From contig JANPJR010000030.1 of assembly GCA_031425615.1 (NCBI GenBank), positions 274,492-330,389 of the forward strand: a stretch of 55,898 nucleotides of DNA. The letters run 5' to 3'. The DNA is from Cytophagales bacterium (lineage in GTDB: Bacteria; Bacteroidota; Bacteroidia; Cytophagales; Microscillaceae). Both the position numbers and the translations under genes were made by a program. The notes under the pieces were generated by a model that was not told where the DNA came from, ran no database searches, and saw nothing but the letters and a program-made list of their open reading frames with translations. Below, piece after piece: positions 49,722 to 55,898 of the stretch. Position 1 is the first letter of the stretch. Every line of letters starts with the position of its first letter.

Positions 49722-51161
49722 ATGCAGTTTTTTCGTATTCTAATTACCAAATTTACCAAAACCATTTTTACAAAAAAATTAAATTATATGAATCCCACCA
49801 ATTTATTGGCACAACTTGCCCAAATGAATTTGCCTGATGATGTCAAACAAAAATTTATAGATGAAATAAAAAATTCACCTGAAAAACATTTTTTACCAAA
49901 AGATTTTTCAGAGATTGATAAGGATTTTAACCAAAAAAATGATATTTACACCTACAATGACCAAATCTTTTTGGGCGGTTGGCAACCAACACCCAACTAT
50001 TTGATGTCATTGCAAAGCCTTGAAGAACTTATTGCACAAGACCGACAAAGAGAAAAAGATGGATTTCCACGCAGAATTAGGCTTGGAAAATTGGTAAAAC
50101 CCGCAGAAACCAAAGGCAAAAAAAACGAAATTATTATTGTACCAACCACCAACGAAGCCAAACTCTACCATGACGACAACCCAAACCAACCCCAAGAAAT
50201 GGGCGGTGTAGGCGAAGGCGAAACAGGCAAAGTAATAGGCGAAAAACCTGCTAATCCACAACAAAACCAACAACAAGGTGAAGGCGAAGGTGCTGGCGAA
50301 GGAAAAGGCGGTAAACATGATGTAGTGGCTGAAGCATTTGATTTAGGCAGAATCCTTACAGAACAATTTTCATTACCAAACCTTCAACAAAAAGGTAAAA
50401 AACCTTCTCTTACAAAAATATTATATGACCTTACTGATAAAAATGAAGGTTTTGGACAATTATTGGATAATAAAGCAACCTTAAAAAAAATTCTTCAAAG
50501 CAATATTTTATTAAACCCACAAACCGAAAACCTTAACCCAGAGGATTTTGTGGTAAATCCAAAAGACAAAGTTTATCGCATTGTTTCGCCTGAAAAAGAT
50601 GTAGATTCGCAAGCTATGGTGTTTTTTCTAAGGGATTATTCGGGTTCTATGCAGGGCAAACCTACCGAAGTAATTACAACGCAACACCTTTTTATATATA
50701 GTTGGCTCATGTACCAATATAATAATCAAGTAGAAAGTAGGTTTATTTTACATGATACAGAGGCAAAAGAAGTAGCTGATTTTTATACCTATTATAAATC
50801 AACTGTGGCAGGTGGTACCAATGTTTATCCAGCATTTGAGTTGGTGGATACTATTGTAACCAAAGAAAATTTGGCAAAAGATTATAATATTTATGTTTTT
50901 CATGGTACTGATGGAGACGATTGGGAGCAAAATGGTGAAAAAACATTGGCAATTATCCAAAAAATGCTCACTTATACCAACCGTTTGGGCATTACCATCG
51001 CAAAAAATGCGTGGTCAGGCACGCAAACTACCGTAGAAAAATATATCCAAAACTCTGGAATTTTGACCAAAATGCCTGCTTTTGTGCGTATGGATAGTTT
51101 TCAAGCTGATATTTCCAACGAGAGTAGAATGATTGAAGGAATTAAGAAATTAGTAAGTTAA
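49722..51161 (+). CDS. DUF444 (YeaH/YhbH-like) VWA-fold protein; the start may be the Met at 49788
   Basis: ...VFFLRDYSGSMQGKP...FILHDTEAKEV...YNIYVFHGTDGDDWEQ resembles the YeaH/YhbH family D-x-S-G-S-M ... DGDxW pattern. Gly/Glu-rich low-complexity insert in the middle. Confidence 0.5.
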   Translation: MQFFRILITKFTKTIFTKKLNYMNPTNLLAQLAQMNLPDDVKQKFIDEIKNSPEKHFLPKDFSEIDKDFNQKNDIYTYNDQIFLGGWQPTPNYLMSLQSLEELIAQDRQREKDGFPRRIRLGKLVKPAETKGKKNEIIIVPTTNEAKLYHDDNPNQPQEMGGVGEGETGKVIGEKPANPQQNQQQGEGEGAGEGKGGKHDVVAEAFDLGRILTEQFSLPNLQQKGKKPSLTKILYDLTDKNEGFGQLLDNKATLKKILQSNILLNPQTENLNPEDFVVNPKDKVYRIVSPEKDVDSQAMVFFLRDYSGSMQGKPTEVITTQHLFIYSWLMYQYNNQVESRFILHDTEAKEVADFYTYYKSTVAGGTNVYPAFELVDTIVTKENLAKDYNIYVFHGTDGDDWEQNGEKTLAIIQKMLTYTNRLGITIAKNAWSGTQTTVEKYIQNSGILTKMPAFVRMDSFQADISNESRMIEGIKKLVS

Positions 51162-51230
51162 GGATTTCACCATATTTCTTCATTAAATAAAAAAAAAGTG
51201 GCCAGAATTTAAAAATTCTGACCACTTTTT

Positions 51231-52976
51231 TTATTCATACAATTTTCGTTCTGTGATTTTTTTATCTAAAAATTGTGTATTAGCCCCTACTTTTTTAGCT
51301 TTTAGCCATTGTTCTACTGCGGAATCTTTTTCGCCAAGTTGATACAATACATCGCCATAATGTTCTAAATATGTACCGTTTGCATTATTTTTTTGGACAA
51401 CTTGTTCAAATACTTTTTTAGCTTTTTTGTATTCTTTTGCGTTGTAAAGCACCCAACCATGTGTATCAAGAAAAGTAGCATTATCAGGGTGTTTTTCTAT
51501 AAGTTGTCCACTAAGTTTGAGCGCATAATCCAATTTTTCTTTTCGCAAAGCCAAAAAATAAGCATAATTATTCAAAATAAGCGGATTATTAGGCGTAATT
51601 TTGAGGGCTTCTGTGAAGTTGTCATCTGATTGCCTATAATTTTTGATTGCATGATAACTTGTGCCAAGTTGCGTATAAAATTCGCCCAAAAGTTCTTGGT
51701 TATTAAAAGCCAACGCTTTGCCTTCTTCGAATGCTTGTATTGCACTTGTATAATTTTTCTTTTGCAAATACGCATTTCCATTATACAACCAAAAAACTGC
51801 TTGATTTGGAAAATATTCCAATGCTTTTTGGGCGTGTTTCCCCAAACTATCCAACAAATTCAAATCACTATCCAAACCTAACGCAGTATTCCAAACTTTC
51901 AGTTGGTTGCCATCTTGTTTGAGCGATTTCATATAATTTGTAAGGGCATCTTTTTTATTGTTTTGCAACAAAAACAAATCGCCTACAAGTGTATGAATTT
52001 GCATATTAAAAGGGTGTACTTGGGCAATTATTTGAGCGAGTTCTAAGGATTGGGCATTGTGTTGTGGATTACTTTGGGCAAAACTTGTCAAAAATTTAAC
52101 TTTATCTTCTGCATTAAAATCAGGATTTTGAAATGCTTTTTTAAATAATTGAATAGATTTTGCATCTTCTTTTCCCTCCATATACACCTGTGCCAAAAGC
52201 AAATACGCTCTTACATCAACCGCAGGATTTTGGGTTATTCTTTCCAAAATTGTTTGAGCTTCAGGTATTTTTTTATAAAAAAGCAACAATTCTATGTATG
52301 AAATTGCATGTTTATCTTGCGAAGGGTCATTTTCCATTAGTTTTTTTCCTTCTGCAAGCAATTTATCAGTTTGCCCTGTAGCGTTGTAAATGCGTTGTTT
52401 TCGTTGTGTAAGTTGTTCATTTATGCCATATTTTTCTTCTAATTTATTATACGCGTCTATAGCATCATCATTTTTATTTTGTTTTACAAGCAACTCAGCA
52501 AGTTCATAATAATATCTATCGTCCAATTTTACAAGATTTTGATAAGCAATGATTGCTTTGTCATATTTGATATTTTGCGTATAAATATTCGCCAAAAGTA
52601 TGTAAAAATATTTATTATTTTTTTCTTTTTCTATTGCCTCCTCTATGTGTGTTTCAGCTTCTTGTGAACGATTGAGTTTTACCAATGTTTCCGCTATTTT
52701 GTATTGAATAGTGGGGCTTTTGGTCATGAGTTCTGCTTTTTGAAACTGTTGGAGGGCTTTTTCATAATCTTCAATAATAAAAAACTTCATACCTTCTGCC
52801 AGAAAAAACTCTGTTTCGCTTTCTTTGTCACTATCCAAAACGCCTTTTTTATCTTTTGTTTGGGCTTCTTGTTCTTGTTTATCTTTTTTCTTTTTGCCTT
52901 TTTGTGCCAATGCTTCTTGTGAAACAACCTGAACGCAACCAATAGCAAGGAGAGAAATAAAAAATGTTTTTTTCAT
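51231..52976 (-). CDS. secreted TPR-repeat protein
   Basis: Signal peptide MKKTFFISLLAIGCVQVVSQEALA, then more than 10 TPR-like repeats. Confidence 0.7.
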   Translation of the reverse strand: MKKTFFISLLAIGCVQVVSQEALAQKGKKKKDKQEQEAQTKDKKGVLDSDKESETEFFLAEGMKFFIIEDYEKALQQFQKAELMTKSPTIQYKIAETLVKLNRSQEAETHIEEAIEKEKNNKYFYILLANIYTQNIKYDKAIIAYQNLVKLDDRYYYELAELLVKQNKNDDAIDAYNKLEEKYGINEQLTQRKQRIYNATGQTDKLLAEGKKLMENDPSQDKHAISYIELLLFYKKIPEAQTILERITQNPAVDVRAYLLLAQVYMEGKEDAKSIQLFKKAFQNPDFNAEDKVKFLTSFAQSNPQHNAQSLELAQIIAQVHPFNMQIHTLVGDLFLLQNNKKDALTNYMKSLKQDGNQLKVWNTALGLDSDLNLLDSLGKHAQKALEYFPNQAVFWLYNGNAYLQKKNYTSAIQAFEEGKALAFNNQELLGEFYTQLGTSYHAIKNYRQSDDNFTEALKITPNNPLILNNYAYFLALRKEKLDYALKLSGQLIEKHPDNATFLDTHGWVLYNAKEYKKAKKVFEQVVQKNNANGTYLEHYGDVLYQLGEKDSAVEQWLKAKKVGANTQFLDKKITERKLYE

Positions 52977-53087
52977 AAAAAAATGGTGGGAATAAGGCTA
53001 ATCATTATGCTTTCGTAAATGTACGTTTTTTTTTGAATAAAGTTAATAAAAAGATTATGAATTATAGGTTACTTATTTTCCCTTAAT

Positions 53088-53152
53088 TTTTAAAATCCTT
53101 AAACTTTTTCAATCTTTAAACCTTTTGCACCCCTTTGAACTTTTAAACTTTT
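53088..53152. repeat. GTTCAAAGG-family tandem array (reverse orientation)
   Basis: ccttaaactttttcaatctttaaaccttttgcacccctttgaacttttaaactttt. Confidence 0.6.
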
Positions 53153-53153
53153 C

Positions 53154-53603
53154 TCAATAACTCAAATTCACCTTACAATAATGTGTATTTTTGGTAATTT
53201 CAAAGGCACTTTTAGCAAAACTTGGGGCACTCATCGTGCCACGTGCATCATTAGAAAAACCATAACCTTCAGTAGGAATACCTAAGAAATTTTTGTCTAA
53301 TTTTGTGTTATTATTTTCGTCGTGAAACAATGCGAAGGCATATTTACCCAAAGGTAAATTTTCAAAAGAAACTTCTGTTTTGCCTTTTTGGACAGCAAAA
53401 ATTTTCTTTTTTATGGCAAGATTTTCCTTCAAAAAACCTTTTTCTTTGTCATACAAAGCCACAAATAATTTTCCTTTATTTGATTTACAATTTTCTACGC
53501 TGATAGTCAATGTTGCAAAAGTCTGCGTTTTATGTGTAGAATTTTCAGCATTTTGTTTTGGAAATAAACCAAAAAAGAACGAAAAAAATAGAAAATAGGA
53601 CAT
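53154..53603 (-). CDS. DUF2141-like secreted protein
   Basis: ...LFHDENNNTKLDKNFLGIPTEGYGFSND... resembles the DUF2141 signature; N-terminal signal. Confidence 0.6.
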   Translation of the reverse strand: MSYFLFFSFFFGLFPKQNAENSTHKTQTFATLTISVENCKSNKGKLFVALYDKEKGFLKENLAIKKKIFAVQKGKTEVSFENLPLGKYAFALFHDENNNTKLDKNFLGIPTEGYGFSNDARGTMSAPSFAKSAFEITKNTHYCKVNLSY

Positions 53604-53627
53604 GAAAAAAATTAGGAATTTGAAATT

Positions 53628-53668
53628 AGGTTTTTAATCTTTGAACTTTTGAACTTTAAACCCTTTTT
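53628..53668. repeat. GTTCAAAGG-family short array
   Basis: aatctttgaacttttgaactttaaaccc. Confidence 0.55.
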
Positions 53669-53936
53669 AAGCGCTAATTTTGTCTTTTATGCACTTTAAT
53701 AATTCATTAGGGCATTTTTTAGAAATTTTTTCTTTGAGTTTTTCTCTAAGCGTTTTATCCACTTCATAGCAATCCCAGCAATGCGTACAGGTTTCCAAGT
53801 GTAGTTTTACATAAGCTTTATCTTCTTCTGATGCTTCTTTATCAAGCACAAGTTCCAATGTTTCCAAACAATGTTGGCACTCTTTACAAAGTTCTTTTTG
53901 GGAAGAATTTTCTGTATTTGTTTTGTATGTTTCCAT
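53667..53936 (-). CDS. zf-HC2 (ZAS-type) putative anti-sigma factor
   Basis: 89 aa with C-x2-C-x2-C ... HLETCTHC (the H-x3-C-x2-C ZAS motif). Confidence 0.45.
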   Translation of the reverse strand: METYKTNTENSSQKELCKECQHCLETLELVLDKEASEEDKAYVKLHLETCTHCWDCYEVDKTLREKLKEKISKKCPNELLKCIKDKISA

Positions 53937-54346
53937 AAATTATTGCGTGAAGGATTTTTGTATATTTTTATATTTGTGTATTTTTATAAAAATACCTTGC
54001 GTTTTTTGGGTAAAATTGCTTAGTTTGCAAAGAAATAAGTAAAATTTTTGTATAAATATTTTTTGGTTTAATTTTAAAGTATTTTTTGATAAACACTATT
54101 TTAAGATTAAAAAGCAAACATTTTTTTTTATAAAAAAATTTCAAAAAATTACGCTAATTTCAACTTTGTTGCAAAAACAAAATTCCACTTCTTTTTTTTA
54201 TGGTTAATTCAGGTTATGTATTACATTTTTTTTCAAAAAAAATAAATACTTATTTTATCATTTTCTGTGTTAAAAATATAAATTGATTGACGTAAATTTA
54301 TAAAATTGACAACTTAAAAACTGATAACTGACAACTTAGATTATGG

Positions 54347-55384
54347 TTATTTATGGGTTTTCATGGGTTGAAATCTTGCCAAATCCTTTATACCGAGCCA
54401 TTCCATCGCACTTCCACCAAGCAACAATTCTTTGGTTTGTGGTGTAAGGTCAGACATACTTTCAATGAGTTCGCCTGCGTGCAATTCACCCAAAGGAAAA
54501 GGATAATCTGTGCCAAGTGCGACACGATTTGCCCCAAAAAGTTGGATAATATACCGCAAAACTTCTGCTTCATGCACCAAAGAATCCACATAAAATTTAC
54601 CCAAATAATCTCTTGGATTTACATTATTATCAATGGCACACAAATCTGGACGCACCTGAAAAGCGTGTTCAATACGCCCAATACTTGAAGGAAACGCACC
54701 TCCGCCATGCGCAAAAGCCACACGTAATTTTGGGAATTTCTCAAAAACACCGCCAAAAATCATAGAACAAATCGCCAGTGAGGTTTCTGCAGGCATACCA
54801 ACCAGCCAAGGAAGCCAGTATTTAGGCATTTTTTCCTGTGCCATCATGTCCCAAGGGTGGATAAAAATACACGCACCAATCGCTTCAGCACATTCATAAA
54901 TCGGAAACAACGCTTTATCCGACAGATTCCAATCATTGACATGCGAGCCAATCTGCACACCTGCAAGCCCAAGTTGTGTAACACACCTTTCCAATTCCTT
55001 TACTGCCAAATCTGGGGCTTGCATAGGCAATGTCCCTAATCCTACAAAACGAGATGGATATTTATCACAAATCCCTGCAATATGGTCATTGAGAAATTGG
55101 GCAATTTCCAAACAGTCTTTGGGTTTAGCCCAATAATTAAACATAATTGGAATCGTAGAAAGCACTTGTACATCTACTTGCATACCTGCACATTCACGCA
55201 TACGCACTTCTGCGTCCCAACAATTATCTTGTATTTCACGAAAAAATTTATCATCTTTCATCATTCTTGCCATACAAGGGCGGTGATGGTCAAGGGTTAT
55301 AAATCCACCATACCCAAATCTTTCACGAAAATTAGGGATATGTTCAGGGATAATATGTGTGTGAATATCTACTTTGAGGCACAT
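54347..55384 (-). CDS. amidohydrolase-2 family decarboxylase (ACMSD-like, 2-amino-3-carboxymuconate-6-semialdehyde decarboxylase family)
   Basis: DIHTHIIPEH..., ...IFIHPWDMMA..., ...AFAHGGGAFP..., ...ALGTDYPFPLGE are the metal-binding His/Asp positions of the ACMSD family. Confidence 0.75.
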   Translation of the reverse strand: MCLKVDIHTHIIPEHIPNFRERFGYGGFITLDHHRPCMARMMKDDKFFREIQDNCWDAEVRMRECAGMQVDVQVLSTIPIMFNYWAKPKDCLEIAQFLNDHIAGICDKYPSRFVGLGTLPMQAPDLAVKELERCVTQLGLAGVQIGSHVNDWNLSDKALFPIYECAEAIGACIFIHPWDMMAQEKMPKYWLPWLVGMPAETSLAICSMIFGGVFEKFPKLRVAFAHGGGAFPSSIGRIEHAFQVRPDLCAIDNNVNPRDYLGKFYVDSLVHEAEVLRYIIQLFGANRVALGTDYPFPLGELHAGELIESMSDLTPQTKELLLGGSAMEWLGIKDLARFQPMKTHK

Positions 55385-55744
55385 AAGATATAGATTAGTT
55401 TTAACCCAAGTTGTTAGTTTTTAAGTTATCAGTTTTTATAAATTTATATTTTTGACACAGAAAATGATAAAATAAGCGGTTATTTTTCTTAAAAAAACAT
55501 CAAAATTCAAAGTTTTTTGAAGAAAAATATAACATACAACTTGGATTAGTTTTATATTTTTTAGGTAAAAAAAATAATGAAAGAACTGTATTTTAAAATA
55601 CATTTACAAACAAAGGTAATGCTTTTTTTTAGTTGTCAGTTTATCACTTGTTATTTTTTATAAAAAAAATCCCACAACACACTATCCAAAAATAATGCGT
55701 TATGGGAATTTTAGCTTTCAAAGGGGGAATTAATAAAAAATTTA

Positions 55745-55775
55745 AGGCAGTTTGCTCCCCTTTGGGGTTTGGGAG
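55745..55775 (-). terminator. hairpin terminator ctcccctttggggtttgggag
   Basis: Lies directly 3' of the partial minus-strand CDS stop. Confidence 0.45.
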
Positions 55776-55898
55776 TTTTACCTCACCAACGTAACCATAC
55801 CTTGTGTTTTTACTTTTTCATCTTTTTTCAAAATATTTTCGTATTGGGCTTTCCAAACATAAACCCCTTCTGGACATGGTTTGCCATTGAAAGTTCCG
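55776..55898 (-). CDS. C-terminus of a T9SS type-B sorting-domain (CHU_C-like) protein; N-terminus lies outside the window
   Basis: Reverse translation gives ...GTFNGKPCPEGVYVWKAQYENILKKDEKVKTQGMVTLVR*, the type-B gliding/T9SS C-terminal domain pattern (NGxPxPxGxYxW). Confidence 0.5.

Overview
This is an AT-rich chromosomal window that looks Bacteroidota-like. Supporting signs: an S46 dipeptidyl-peptidase with the DEGMWL N-terminus, the C-terminus of a T9SS type-B sorting-domain protein at the right edge, lipoproteins with LVSCGG-type lipoboxes, and many TPR proteins. No rRNA, tRNA or CRISPR was seen.

Housekeeping genes present:
- dnaB, interrupted by a 342-aa intein
- mutS2, tatD, folB, hslV, pabA/trpG
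- a dihydroorotase-like amidohydrolase, an Mpl/MurC-like Mur ligase, an ABC ATPase, an MFS transporter, an HSDL2-like SDR and an ACMSD-like amidohydrolase

The most striking content is an expanded SiaABC-like partner-switching network with no diguanylate cyclase in the window. It has three parts:
- An operon on the minus strand: GHKL/anti-sigma-type kinase-like gene (14323-14892), DUF1987 (13786-14181), periplasmic-TPR/TM/coiled-coil/PP2C phosphatase (11632-13662), then a second DUF1987 (11133-11537).
- An unusual single-polypeptide fusion of the kinase-like domain to a DUF1987 domain (24770-25774).
- A second membrane sensor phosphatase, TM-HAMP-GAF-PAS-PP2C (30342-32954), bracketed by inverted arrays of a dispersed AACTGACAACTGAAAAA motif.

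Other things worth a second look:
- A tight five-gene minus-strand cluster at the left edge (AMP-ligase, GNAT-like, CTP-dependent polyprenol-kinase-like, BtaA-like DUF3419, PpsA/Rph-like PEP-utilising enzyme) that looks like an uncharacterised lipid or head-group modification locus.
- Two VWA-type proteins, one of them DUF444/YeaH-like, without their usual partners.
- Two families of dispersed intergenic repeats: GTTCAAAGG-type tandem arrays at six loci, and CCCC-AAA-GGGG hairpin terminator elements.

All calls come from reading the translated ORFs and the DNA directly. No database searches were run.
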